DNA of 64,000 bases from an uncultured Pelagibacteraceae bacterium. Lineage in GTDB: Bacteria > Pseudomonadota > Alphaproteobacteria > Pelagibacterales > Pelagibacteraceae. Below are positions 42,320-52,171 of this stretch, one piece after another (position 1 is the stretch's first letter; each line of letters opens with the position of its first letter). Location: contig CACJLM010000001.1 in assembly GCA_902594245.1 (NCBI GenBank), positions 7,591 to 71,590 of the forward strand, written 5' to 3'. Position numbers and translations under genes: made by a program. The notes below the pieces were generated by a model that made no database searches, was not told the DNA's origin, and saw nothing but the letters and a program-made list of their open reading frames with translations.

Positions 42320-43567
42320 ATGACTGAACAGATACAAATAGATTTTGATAAAATAATTAAATCAGCAGATATTTCTGATAAAGATATAGAAGCAAAAAAG
42401 AAGTACTTAAAAAAATTTATAGAAAAAGGTTTTCCAAACAGAAAACAGGAAAATTGGAAATTTATAGACATAAATCAAATTATAAAAAAAAATATTGGTG
42501 ATTTAAGTTTTTTTAATGATTATTCATTACCAAATAAAATTGATCCATCTATTTTTGTAGATGGTTTTGAGCACAATAAAATAGTTTTTATTAATGGAAT
42601 AATAGAAAAGATTGATTTTAATTATGAAGATAAGAATAAGATTAAAATAAGTAATGAAATAGAAAAAAAATTTTTATTTGATAGCGAAAATTCATTAATC
42701 GATTTAAATAACGCTTTTACAAACAAGACATTTAAAGTATTGATCAAAGAGAACTATTCATTAAAGAAACCTCTTATAATTTACCATACAATTAATGAAA
42801 AAATAAAATCAAAAAGTATCAATTTAAGATTAGATTTTGAACTGGAACAAAATAGCTCACTAAGACTAATAGATTTTTTTGCTGATAATGTTAACAAAAA
42901 TTTCATAAACATCCTATATAATTTTAATCTTAAAAAAGATTCAATTCTTAAAAATTATAAAATTGATAAATTTAAAAATGATAATTTGAAATATTCATTT
43001 AATAACATAGAACAAGAAACAAATAGTGTTTCAGAAACTTTTATTTTATCTGCTGGATCTAATTATTTTAAAAATGAAGTAAATTGTAATCTTAAGGGAA
43101 AATATTCATCAGCTTTTGTCAATAGTATTTTCTCATTACAAGAAAATCAACAGCATGAAATTAGAACTACAGTTAATCACTTGGCGGAAAATACTAAAAG
43201 CTATCAACTTATAAAAAGTGTTTTAGGCAAACTATCAAAAGCTGCTTATCAGGGAAAAATATTTGTTAATTCCAAGGCACAAAAGACAGACGGTTATCAG
43301 TTGAGTAAAGCAATTTTATTAGATGAAACATCAGAGTTTAATGCAAAACCAGAATTAGAAATTTACGCAGATGATGTAAAATGTTCTCATGGATCAGCAT
43401 CAGGAAGTTTAAATGAAAATTCAATTTTTTATTTGATGTCACGAGGTTTAAATTATCAACAATCAAAAGAACTTTTAATTAATGGTTTTTTATTAGATGT
43501 TGTTGAAAAAATTACTGACTCAGAAGTTAAAAATTTAATTAAAAATATGATTGGTTTAAAAGAATGA
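42320..43567 (+). CDS. sufD: Fe-S assembly protein SufD
   Basis: ENWKF, KPELEIYADDVKCSHG, FYLMSRG. Confidence 0.95.
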   Translation: MTEQIQIDFDKIIKSADISDKDIEAKKKYLKKFIEKGFPNRKQENWKFIDINQIIKKNIGDLSFFNDYSLPNKIDPSIFVDGFEHNKIVFINGIIEKIDFNYEDKNKIKISNEIEKKFLFDSENSLIDLNNAFTNKTFKVLIKENYSLKKPLIIYHTINEKIKSKSINLRLDFELEQNSSLRLIDFFADNVNKNFINILYNFNLKKDSILKNYKIDKFKNDNLKYSFNNIEQETNSVSETFILSAGSNYFKNEVNCNLKGKYSSAFVNSIFSLQENQQHEIRTTVNHLAENTKSYQLIKSVLGKLSKAAYQGKIFVNSKAQKTDGYQLSKAILLDETSEFNAKPELEIYADDVKCSHGSASGSLNENSIFYLMSRGLNYQQSKELLINGFLLDVVEKITDSEVKNLIKNMIGLKE

Positions 43568-44784
43568 ATGTAGACAAGATTAAAAAAGAGTTTCCAATTT
43601 TTGATGAAAAGATTCAAAATAATGATTTAGTTTATTTGGATAGTGCCAATTCATCTCAAAAACCAAGGGTTGTTTTGGACAGAATAAATGACTTTTATTC
43701 TAAACAATTTTCTAATGTTGGTAGAAGTTTACATTATTTAGCTGTAGCAGCGACAAATTTATATGAAAATACAAGATCTTCAGTTCAAAAATATATTAAT
43801 GCTAAAGATAAAAATGAGATTGTTTTTACCAAAGGAGCAACAGAAGCTTTAAATCTAGTAGCTAATACTCTTGGTCAAACTATTATAGAGCCAAATGATG
43901 AGATCTTGATTACTGAATTAGAACATCATTCGAATTATGTGCCTTGGCATTTTTTAAGAAAATCTAAGAATGTTAAAATAAAGTTTGCTGAAATTAATGA
44001 GGATGGCGATATACCAATAGAAAATATTGAGAAAGAGATAACGAACAAGACTAAAGTAATAGCGATAACTCATCTGTCGAATGTTACTGGAGCCGTTTTA
44101 CCAATAAAAGAAATTACTCAATTAGCTCATTCAAAAGGAATAATTGTGGTAGTTGATGGTTGCCAAGGCGGACCACATTTAAAATTAGACATGCAAGATT
44201 TAGATTGTGATTTTTATGCAATATCATGTCATAAAATGTATGGACCAACAGGACTTGGAGTTTTGTATGGAAAAAAAAAATGGCTTGAACAACTTCCTCC
44301 TTATCAAGGTGGGGGTGGAATGATTAATGAGGTTAAAAAAGATAGAATTTCATACGGTGAGCTTCCTAATAAATACGAAGCAGGAACAATGGCAACAGCG
44401 CAAGTAATTGCTTTTGATCAGTCAATAAAATTTCTCGAAAGTATTGGAATTGAAAATATAATTAAACATGAAAAAGAACTAATTGAATATGGTCAAGAAA
44501 TTTTACAAAAAAATAACTCTGTAAAATTAATTGGAAATCCAAAAGATAGAGGTGGTGTATTATCTTTCACTATAGAAGGTGTACACCCACATGATATCGC
44601 AACTATTTTGGATGAAACAGGAGTTGCAATCAGAGCTGGTCATCATTGTTGTCAAATTCTGCATGACAAATTAGGTATTCCAGCAAGTGCTAGAGCCTCA
44701 TTAGGAGTTTATAATACTAAAGACGATTTAGATAAATTAAATGAAGGTATTAACAATTGTAAAAAAATTTTTGATTTAAAATGA
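43564..44784 (+). CDS. sufS: Group II cysteine desulfurase SufS
   Basis: YLDSA..SQKP, LEHHSN, SCHKMYGP, RAGHHC. Confidence 0.95.
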   Translation: MNVDKIKKEFPIFDEKIQNNDLVYLDSANSSQKPRVVLDRINDFYSKQFSNVGRSLHYLAVAATNLYENTRSSVQKYINAKDKNEIVFTKGATEALNLVANTLGQTIIEPNDEILITELEHHSNYVPWHFLRKSKNVKIKFAEINEDGDIPIENIEKEITNKTKVIAITHLSNVTGAVLPIKEITQLAHSKGIIVVVDGCQGGPHLKLDMQDLDCDFYAISCHKMYGPTGLGVLYGKKKWLEQLPPYQGGGGMINEVKKDRISYGELPNKYEAGTMATAQVIAFDQSIKFLESIGIENIIKHEKELIEYGQEILQKNNSVKLIGNPKDRGGVLSFTIEGVHPHDIATILDETGVAIRAGHHCCQILHDKLGIPASARASLGVYNTKDDLDKLNEGINNCKKIFDLK

Positions 44785-45245
44785 ATTTAAAAGAACTATA
44801 TCAAGAAATAATCTTAGAGCATGGAAAAAATCCTAGAAACTTAGGTAAAGCAGAAAATTTTAATAAAGATGCTAAAGGAAATAATCCATTATGTGGTGAC
44901 AATGTTCATGTTTATTTAAAATTAAATGAACAAAGAAAAGTAGAGGATATTTCTTTTGAGGGCAGTGGATGTGCAATATCTATGGCTTCAGCTTCAATAA
45001 TGACAGATTTAATAAAAGGTAAAAGTGATAATGAAGCTAAAGAAATTATTGAAGACTTTTTAGGAATGATAAAAGAAAATCCAGAACTTAAAAATAAAAT
45101 TTTAAAAGAAGATGATAAAACAAAATTAATGTGTTTATCAGGAGTAAAACAATATCCAATGAGAGTCAAATGTGCTACTTTATCCTGGCATACTTTAGTT
45201 TCAGCTATGGAAAATGATGGTAAACAAGTAAGTACAGAGGATTGA
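44781..45245 (+). CDS. sufU: SufU-type sulfur transfer protein
   Basis: NPLCGD, GCAISMAS, RVKCATL with the SufU-type insertion. Confidence 0.9.
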   Translation: MNLKELYQEIILEHGKNPRNLGKAENFNKDAKGNNPLCGDNVHVYLKLNEQRKVEDISFEGSGCAISMASASIMTDLIKGKSDNEAKEIIEDFLGMIKENPELKNKILKEDDKTKLMCLSGVKQYPMRVKCATLSWHTLVSAMENDGKQVSTED

Positions 45246-45547
45246 TGATTATGGAAGTCAAAAATAAAATTATAGAGGAAATAAGAAAAATTTATGATCC
45301 CGAACTACCAGTAAACATCTATGAACTGGGTTTAATTTATGATATTCAAGTTAAAGGCAGAAAAGCCAAGATAAAAATGACATTAACGACACCTAATTGC
45401 CCTGTTGCAGAAAGTTTACCTAAAGAAGTTAAAGAAGGTGCAATGCAAGTAGAAGAAATCGATGATGTTGATCTTCAATTAGTTTGGGACCCACCATGGA
45501 CAAAAGATATGATGTCAGATGCTGCAAAATTGGAGTTAAATTTATAA
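45245..45547 (+). CDS. sufT: SufT/DUF59 Fe-S assembly protein
   Basis: DPELPVNIYELGL, MTLTTPNCP, WDPPW. Confidence 0.9.
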   Translation: MIMEVKNKIIEEIRKIYDPELPVNIYELGLIYDIQVKGRKAKIKMTLTTPNCPVAESLPKEVKEGAMQVEEIDDVDLQLVWDPPWTKDMMSDAAKLELNL

Positions 45548-45882
45548 TGAACCCAATAATTAAATTGAGCGATAATGCTGCTAACAGAATTAAAGAGATA
45601 ATGTCCAGTGCAGAAAAAGATGCCTTAGGTGTAAGAGTATCTGTAAAATCCGGTGGATGTGCAGGCATGTCATATGTAATGGAGTATTCAAAAGAAGCAA
45701 ATCCCCATGATGAAGTTATTGAGGATAAAGGAGTAAAAGTGTTTATAGATTCTGCGGCTGTTATGTATTTATTAGGCACAGAAATGGACTATAAAAAAGA
45801 GGATTTTTCCTCTACTTTTGTATTTAATAATCCTAACGAAACAGAGCGTTGTGGTTGCGGAGAGTCTTTCAAAATAGGCTAA
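45547..45882 (+). CDS. sufA: A-type Fe-S carrier (SufA/IscA, HesB family)
   Basis: GGCAGMSY, CGCGESF; start at ATG 45547 (TAATG overlap). Confidence 0.9.
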   Translation: MNPIIKLSDNAANRIKEIMSSAEKDALGVRVSVKSGGCAGMSYVMEYSKEANPHDEVIEDKGVKVFIDSAAVMYLLGTEMDYKKEDFSSTFVFNNPNETERCGCGESFKIG

Positions 45883-45913
45883 TTATTAGTATCCCGTAAG
45901 TTGCATACCAGTA

Positions 45914-45942
45914 TTGCTAAAAATGCATATCTAGTGTATAAG
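45914..45942 (+). promoter_or_regulatory. Putative sigma70 promoter for the small ORF (TTGCTA-17 bp-TATAAG)
   Basis: Hexamer match with 17 bp spacing; the ATG lies 6 nt after the -10. Confidence 0.45.
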
Positions 45943-45948
45943 ATTCTT

Positions 45949-46119
45949 ATGAATAAGTTTGAATTTAAAAATCTTGTTAAAAGCCTTAAAGATTCTTTAA
46001 AAGAAAAAACTTTTTTTAAAGACTTACGTAAAGAAGTCGAAACTGGTGCAAATGGCACTCAGGATTACGTTGTTAAAAAAGGTCCTAACAAAGATACTAT
46101 TGCTACAACTAAACAGTAA
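45949..46119 (+). CDS. Small hypothetical protein (56 aa)
   Basis: Fills the gap between sufA and the glnA 3' end. ATG 45949; MNKFEF...EVETGANGTQDYVVKKG. Confidence 0.65.
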   Translation: MNKFEFKNLVKSLKDSLKEKTFFKDLRKEVETGANGTQDYVVKKGPNKDTIATTKQ

Positions 46120-46126
46120 TTAAAAA

Positions 46127-47533
46127 CTAACTACTGTAGTACATCTCAAACTCAATAGGATGAGGTGCATGTTCGAACTTGTGAATTTCCTCAAATTTTA
46201 ATGCGATGTAAGCATCTATTTGATCATCGGTAAATACACCACCTTGAGTTAAAAACTCTCTGTCTTTATCTAAACTTTCCATAGCCTCTCTTAAAGATCC
46301 ACATACAGTTGGTATAGATTTAACCTCTTCAGGTGGTAATTCATACAAGTCTTTATCAAAAGATTCTCCTGGGTGAATTTTATTTTTAATCCCATCTAAA
46401 CCAGCCATTAACATTGCTGCGAAAGTTAAATAAGGATTTCCGGCTGCATCAGGAAATCTAATTTCACATCTTGCGCCTTTTTTACTTAATGTAATTGGAA
46501 TTCGGCAAGAAGCTGATCTGTTTCTCGCGGAATAAGCAAGTAGCACCGGTGCTTCAAAACCTGGTATTAATCTTTTATAACTATTTGTCGTTGAGTTAGC
46601 AAATGCATTGATTGCTTTTGCATGTTTTAAAATTCCACCGATATAATGTAAAGCAGTTTCTGATAATCCAGCATAAGCTTCTCCGGAGAATACTGGAGTA
46701 TCTCCTTTCCATATTGATTGGTGAATATGCATTCCAGATCCATTATCCCCAGCAACAGGTTTTGGCATAAACGTAGCAGTTTTACCAAATGAATGAGTTA
46801 CCATTTGTACAACATATTTGTATAGTTGAACATTATCAGCCTGATTGACTAAAGTACCAAAATACATTCCAAGCTCATGTTGACTTGGTGCAACTTCATG
46901 ATGATGTTTTTCAACTTTAATTCCAACTTCTTTTAAATTTTTTAAATACTCCCCACGCATATCTTGTTCACTATCAACCGGGGGAACTGGAAAATAACCA
47001 CCTTTGATTGGAGGTCTGTGACCCATATTTCCATTTTCATATTCTTTTCCTGAGTTATATGGACCTTCTTTACTATCAATCTTAAATCCACATTCATTCA
47101 TATCATTTTTAATTCTAACATCATCGAAGACAAAAAATTCTGGTTCTGGTCCAAAAAATGCTTTATCGCCGATCCCTGATGCTTTTAAATATTCCTCAGC
47201 TTTTTTTGCTACACCTCTTGGATCTCTTTCATAGGGAGTTTTCTTTATTGCATCTAAAATATCACAGAATAGAACGACAGTATTATGAGATGTAAAGGGA
47301 TCTAAGAAAAATCTTGATAAATCTGGTTTTAAAATCATGTCAGACTCGTTGATAGCTTTCCAACCGGCTATAGAAGAACCATCAAAAAACACACCATCTT
47401 TTAACATGCCATCATCAACCGCTGTAGCATCCATTGTTAAATGTTGTAGTTTTCCTCTTGGATCAGTAAACCTTAGATCAACGAATTCAGCTTCTTTGTC
47501 TTTGATAAATTTTAATACATCACTTGCACTCAT
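46127..47533 (-). CDS. glnA: Type I glutamine synthetase
   Basis: FDGSSI, GPEPEFF, HHHEVA, ATFMPKP, NRSA, DLYELP. SD AGGAG precedes ATG 47533. Confidence 0.98.
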   Translation of the reverse strand: MSASDVLKFIKDKEAEFVDLRFTDPRGKLQHLTMDATAVDDGMLKDGVFFDGSSIAGWKAINESDMILKPDLSRFFLDPFTSHNTVVLFCDILDAIKKTPYERDPRGVAKKAEEYLKASGIGDKAFFGPEPEFFVFDDVRIKNDMNECGFKIDSKEGPYNSGKEYENGNMGHRPPIKGGYFPVPPVDSEQDMRGEYLKNLKEVGIKVEKHHHEVAPSQHELGMYFGTLVNQADNVQLYKYVVQMVTHSFGKTATFMPKPVAGDNGSGMHIHQSIWKGDTPVFSGEAYAGLSETALHYIGGILKHAKAINAFANSTTNSYKRLIPGFEAPVLLAYSARNRSASCRIPITLSKKGARCEIRFPDAAGNPYLTFAAMLMAGLDGIKNKIHPGESFDKDLYELPPEEVKSIPTVCGSLREAMESLDKDREFLTQGGVFTDDQIDAYIALKFEEIHKFEHAPHPIEFEMYYSS

Positions 47534-47670
47534 AATCTCTCCTATATAATCTGGGCCTTGTGATACCAAATAAAGATTGATAAATAATGCTCTTTTAATT
47601 AATAACACCTATGCAATTTTTACATAAGTGTGTATTTTTGGGTTAAAAACCAACAATTTAAAGTTGAATT

Positions 47671-48150
47671 ATGTCAGCATTAGATAAAGAGCCAGTAAAA
47701 AGAGTAGAAAAATTCTTAAAAAATTTTGACCAAAATTTAAATGTTATTTTGCTCGACACTTCAGCTAGAACAGCTTTGGAGGCAGCCTCATCTTTAAAGT
47801 GTGATGTTGGGGCAATAGTCAAAAGTTTGCTTTTTAAAACAGAGAATACATTCACATTGTGTTTAGTTGCAGGAGATAAAAAAGCTTCATTAAATAAGAT
47901 AAAAAAAACTTTAAACATTAAAGATGCATCAATGGCTTCTGCTGATGAGGTTAAAGATATTACAGGATTTACCATTGGAGGTGTTTCGCCAATAGCACAT
48001 TTAAATAAAATTGATATTTTTATTGATAAATCTTTAGAGAGATTTGTTGATTTATATGCAGCTGCTGGACATCCTAATTGTATATTTAAAATTAGTTTTA
48101 ACGATTTGCAAAAAATTACAAATGGTTTAATTAAGGAAATTTCCGAATGA
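47671..48150 (+). CDS. YbaK/EbsC aminoacyl-tRNA editing family protein
   Basis: IVKSLLF, TGFTIGGVSP, AAAG. Confidence 0.9.
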   Translation: MSALDKEPVKRVEKFLKNFDQNLNVILLDTSARTALEAASSLKCDVGAIVKSLLFKTENTFTLCLVAGDKKASLNKIKKTLNIKDASMASADEVKDITGFTIGGVSPIAHLNKIDIFIDKSLERFVDLYAAAGHPNCIFKISFNDLQKITNGLIKEISE

Positions 48151-49034
48151 AACAGCCTAAACTAATTGATTACTTATTACTTACAATATTGGCATTAATT
48201 TGGGCCTCTGCATTTTTCAATATCAAGATTGCAACTTATTCATATGGACCTGTGACCATAGCTTTTTTAAGAGTTTTTTTTGGAGCAATTCCAGTTTTAC
48301 TTCTTTGTTATTATAAGAAAATTAAAATTGAGGCATTCTCAAAGGATTGGCATTGGTTTGCAATGATAGGTTTTATCAATTTAGTAGCTCCATTTTTTTT
48401 AATCGCTTATGGAGTAAAATCAGTTCAAAGTAATTTAGCAGCAATATTAATGTCTACAACGCCTTTAAGCTCAACAGTGTTAGCACATTTCTACACTAAA
48501 AATGAAAAATTTAATTTAATTAAAACAATTGGAATATTAATTGGATTTTCAGGAATTGTTTTTTTATTTTCTGATAATTTGTTGATTGATGAAAACAATT
48601 TTACATCAGCATTATTAATTTTATTAGGATCAACTTGTTATGTGGTTGGAGGAGTTTTAACTCTCAAAATTAGTAAGAAGAAAAATGAAAATGTAACTGG
48701 TTCAATATTGATTTGGGCAACAATTATTTTGATACCATTTGTGAGTTTTATTGAACAACCTTGGAATTTAAATCCAAGACTAGATTCAACTATTTCTGTA
48801 ATATATCTTGGCTTAGTTTCAACAGGAATAGCTTGGTTATTAAGATTTAGAATTTTAATTAATAATGGACTAATTTTTCAATCACAGGTTTCTTATTTAA
48901 TTCCAATTTTTGGAACAATACTAAGTTATATTTTCTTAAAAGAATTAATTACTTTCAAAGTATTAATTTCATTAATTGCAGTTTGTGTTGGAATTTATTT
49001 TGTAAGAAAAGCAGATTATCAAAAAACTATTTAA
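48147..49034 (+). CDS. EamA/DMT transporter
   Basis: Ten TM segments in two EamA repeats; IWASAF. Confidence 0.9.
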   Translation: MKQPKLIDYLLLTILALIWASAFFNIKIATYSYGPVTIAFLRVFFGAIPVLLLCYYKKIKIEAFSKDWHWFAMIGFINLVAPFFLIAYGVKSVQSNLAAILMSTTPLSSTVLAHFYTKNEKFNLIKTIGILIGFSGIVFLFSDNLLIDENNFTSALLILLGSTCYVVGGVLTLKISKKKNENVTGSILIWATIILIPFVSFIEQPWNLNPRLDSTISVIYLGLVSTGIAWLLRFRILINNGLIFQSQVSYLIPIFGTILSYIFLKELITFKVLISLIAVCVGIYFVRKADYQKTI

Positions 49035-49935
49035 GTTCAGAAAATGCTTTGATATGAGATGGACTTGTCTCACAACATCCACCAATTATAGTTGCGCCGT
49101 TCATAATAAACTCTTTCGCTAAATTTTTTAATACTTCTGGAGTTAAATCATTTCTCTTTCCCAAAAATTCATTTGGATTTCCAGATTTACTTTCTTTAAA
49201 ATTTTTTAAAAAGTTTCTAGTAGTTTTTGTTCTCTCAAATGCATTTATCTTAAAACCAAACGGATAACCAATTGACTTAATTTCATTTATATTTTTTTTA
49301 AAATTTTCAGGTGAAACACATGCTAAAATTAAACCTAATAAATTTTTACAGTTAATTTTTTTTGTAATATCTGATAATTTTTCACCACTAGGAAGAGAAG
49401 TTCCTTCAGATATATGTGCACCGATTAAAAAAGGTTTATTAAATTCTTTTATTGAATTTTCTGCGATTGAAATCTCTCTAATACTACTCAAAACATCAAA
49501 ATAAAAAAAATCTACGAAGGGATCTAAAATTTTTGCTTGGTCTTTAAAATTTTTGAAAATTTCATTTTCATCTCTATCGTCAGAGGAATAAGTATTATTT
49601 TGTGGAGGTAAACCACCTGCTATTAAAACTTTTGGATATTTATCTTTAATTTTTTTAGCTATTTGTCCTGCCTGTTTATTTAATATTTCAAATTTTTCTT
49701 CTAAGTTATTTTGCTTTAACCTCAGTCTTCTTGTGGCAAATGTATTAGTAACTATTACATCTGCACCTTCTTTAACGAAATCTTCATGTATTGCTTCAAC
49801 TAGAGAATGATTTTTTTTTTCTAACAATGCTTTTGCACTCCATAAAGTACCCTTCGGATCCAATCCACGAGCTAATAACTCTTGACCCATACCACCGTCT
49901 AAAACTCTTATTTTTCTGAAGAAATTTATATCCAT
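49027..49935 (-). CDS. Homocysteine S-methyltransferase family protein
   Basis: LDGGMGQEL, LWSA, GADVIVTNTF, Zn ligands (LAC) and IGGCC. Confidence 0.9.
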   Translation of the reverse strand: MDINFFRKIRVLDGGMGQELLARGLDPKGTLWSAKALLEKKNHSLVEAIHEDFVKEGADVIVTNTFATRRLRLKQNNLEEKFEILNKQAGQIAKKIKDKYPKVLIAGGLPPQNNTYSSDDRDENEIFKNFKDQAKILDPFVDFFYFDVLSSIREISIAENSIKEFNKPFLIGAHISEGTSLPSGEKLSDITKKINCKNLLGLILACVSPENFKKNINEIKSIGYPFGFKINAFERTKTTRNFLKNFKESKSGNPNEFLGKRNDLTPEVLKNLAKEFIMNGATIIGGCCETSPSHIKAFSELK

Positions 49936-50678
49936 TAAAATAGTCTTATACCGATTCTTACTGAAACGAAAATAACTAATAAAGATGTCAGAATTGTTAA
50001 AATCCGATTTGAAAAGATTTTAAGATTTAGATAATTGCCGATCAAACCTCCAATTAAAACACTTAAAAAAAGAGGCCAATAATTTATTAATTCATCAAAA
50101 GTTTTGTCTTTAGTAAATTGCCCTAAAATTCCTGAAATCGAATTAATTAAAATAAATAATGATGCCGTTGTAGAGATAATTCTTGGCTTTTCAGCTTTGA
50201 GTAGAAAAAGTATAGGACTTAGAAAAATTCCACCACCAATACCAACTATCCCGGAAACCAATCCAAGAATAGAACCAATTATAAGAGAATAAATAAAATT
50301 TATTTTTTTTATTATTAGATTTTCATTTTCATAAGATTTATTATTTATCAATAAAAGTATTCCTGCAATTGATAAGACAAAAAATAAAAGAATTTCAAAA
50401 AAATCTTTGTCAATTTTTAAAGCTCCACCTAAAAAAGCAAAAGGAATAGATCCAATTAAAAATGGAAGTATTAAATTGAAATTATGATTACCTGCACGAA
50501 TGTAATTAAAAGAATTTCCTGAAACTACTATTATATTACACATGAGAGCAATTACTGGAAAAATATAATAAGGAATATCCCAAATAAGCAAAAGGGCTAA
50601 GTAAGTAGACCCACCACCAAAACCAACACTAGAGTATAAAATAGCTGTTATAAAAAATAATATTGGTAATATAATCAT
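49935..50678 (-). CDS. TauE/SafE (TSUP) family permease
   Basis: SVGFGGGS and GIVGIGGGIFLSP repeats, about 8 TM segments. Confidence 0.88.
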   Translation of the reverse strand: MIILPILFFITAILYSSVGFGGGSTYLALLLIWDIPYYIFPVIALMCNIIVVSGNSFNYIRAGNHNFNLILPFLIGSIPFAFLGGALKIDKDFFEILLFFVLSIAGILLLINNKSYENENLIIKKINFIYSLIIGSILGLVSGIVGIGGGIFLSPILFLLKAEKPRIISTTASLFILINSISGILGQFTKDKTFDELINYWPLFLSVLIGGLIGNYLNLKIFSNRILTILTSLLVIFVSVRIGIRLF

Positions 50679-50692
50679 ATAAAAAAAGTTTT

Positions 50693-51193
50693 ATGAGAGT
50701 AAATATTGCACTATTGACTGTAACAGATACTAGAACATTTGATAATGATAAATCTGGAGGAATTTTAGTTGATAAAATTAAAGAAGCTAACCATAACCTG
50801 ATTGATAGAAAAATATGTAAAGATAATAAGGATGAAATAGTTTTGATTTTAAAAGAGTGGCTCAAAAATGAAAAAATTGACTCTATCATCACTACTGGTG
50901 GAACTGGTCTAACCGGAAGAGATATAACACCAGAAGCATTAGATGAAATTGCAGATAAATATATTCCAGGATTTGGAGAAGTATTTAGAAATATAAGTTT
51001 AAAAACTGTCGGAACTTCAGCAATACAGTCTAGGGCTTGTGCAGTCTTGGCTAATGGAAAATACGTTTTTGCTCTACCAGGTTCATCTGGTGGTGTTACA
51101 GATGCATGGGATGGAATCTTAAAACATCAATTAGATGTTAATCATAAACCTTGTAATTTTGTAGAATTATTTCCAAGACTAAAAGAAAAATAA
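50693..51193 (+). CDS. moaB: Molybdopterin adenylyltransferase-like MoaB
   Basis: DKSG, TTGGTGLTGRDITPEA, SRA, LPGS, PCNFVE. Confidence 0.93.
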   Translation: MRVNIALLTVTDTRTFDNDKSGGILVDKIKEANHNLIDRKICKDNKDEIVLILKEWLKNEKIDSIITTGGTGLTGRDITPEALDEIADKYIPGFGEVFRNISLKTVGTSAIQSRACAVLANGKYVFALPGSSGGVTDAWDGILKHQLDVNHKPCNFVELFPRLKEK

Positions 51194-51439
51194 TTATTTT
51201 TGGTATTTATCTTTCCATTCAGAGTAAGGCATTCCATAAACATGTTCTCTTGCATCAGGATCTGAAATAGTAATTCCTTTTTTTTCAGCTTCTTCTCTGT
51301 ACCATTTAGATAAACAATTTCTACAAAAGCCAGCAAGGTTCATCAAATCAATGTTTTGTACATCTTTCCTTTCTCTAAGGTGAGAAATTAATCTATCTAA
51401 AGTTGCAGACTGTAATTCTTTTTTTGTTTTATCATCCAT
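51194..51439 (-). CDS. DUF1244 family protein
   Basis: DVQNIDLMNLAGFCRNCLSKWY, VYGMPY. Confidence 0.88.
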   Translation of the reverse strand: MDDKTKKELQSATLDRLISHLRERKDVQNIDLMNLAGFCRNCLSKWYREEAEKKGITISDPDAREHVYGMPYSEWKDKYQK

Positions 51440-51462
51440 AAAATTTTATATATAAATATAAT

Positions 51463-52041
51463 ATGAAACTTTCTGGATCGTATCAAATCAATTTATCTAA
51501 AGAAAAAGTGTGGGAAGCATTAAATGATCCTGAAATTTTGAAAAAAGCTATACCTGGATGTGAGGAGTTTACAAAAAATTCTGATACTGAGTTTACAGCA
51601 ACGGCCACAAATAAAATTGGTCCTTTTAATGCTAGTTTTACAGGCGATATAGAACTTACTGATCTTAATCCACCGAATAGCTATAAAATTACTGGCTCTG
51701 GTAATTCTCCAGTTGGTTTCGCATCAGGAGAAGCGACAGTCAAACTAGAAGATCATGAAAAAGGAACCAATCTTATTTATGAAGTCGAAGCAAATGTTGG
51801 TGGAAAAATTGCGCAAGTTGGATCTAGATTAATAGATATGACAGCAAAGAAAATGGCAGATATATTTTTTGGAAAATTTTCAGAATTGATTTCAACAGAA
51901 GACAGTTCATCTTTAGGGGAATCTTCTAGTGAAAAAATTGATCAGACAATTGAAGTTAAACCAAAAAAACAAAATCAAAAAATTTTGATCATTGCTGGCG
52001 TTGTCACAATTATAGCAGTTTTAGTTTACTCATTTTTTTAA
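51463..52041 (+). CDS. coxG: CoxG (SRPBCC) accessory protein with C-terminal membrane anchor
   Basis: VWEALNDP..IPGC, VGGKIAQVGSRLID, C-terminal TM segment. Confidence 0.9.
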   Translation: MKLSGSYQINLSKEKVWEALNDPEILKKAIPGCEEFTKNSDTEFTATATNKIGPFNASFTGDIELTDLNPPNSYKITGSGNSPVGFASGEATVKLEDHEKGTNLIYEVEANVGGKIAQVGSRLIDMTAKKMADIFFGKFSELISTEDSSSLGESSSEKIDQTIEVKPKKQNQKILIIAGVVTIIAVLVYSFF

Positions 52042-52171
52042 AAAACCTACAAAAAACATTAATAAACAGAAATTTAGATTTCTAGTAGAAGTAGAAATGT
52101 ATCAAAATTAACAATTGTTTATAAATTTTACTTATGGTTATATTAGAATCTATTCAGGAAGGAGACGCTTG

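Noticed and set aside
52078-52098. 7-bp inverted repeat ATTTCTA/TAGAAAT between coxG and coxS
   Set aside because: Short and AT-rich, plausible by chance; no U-tract.
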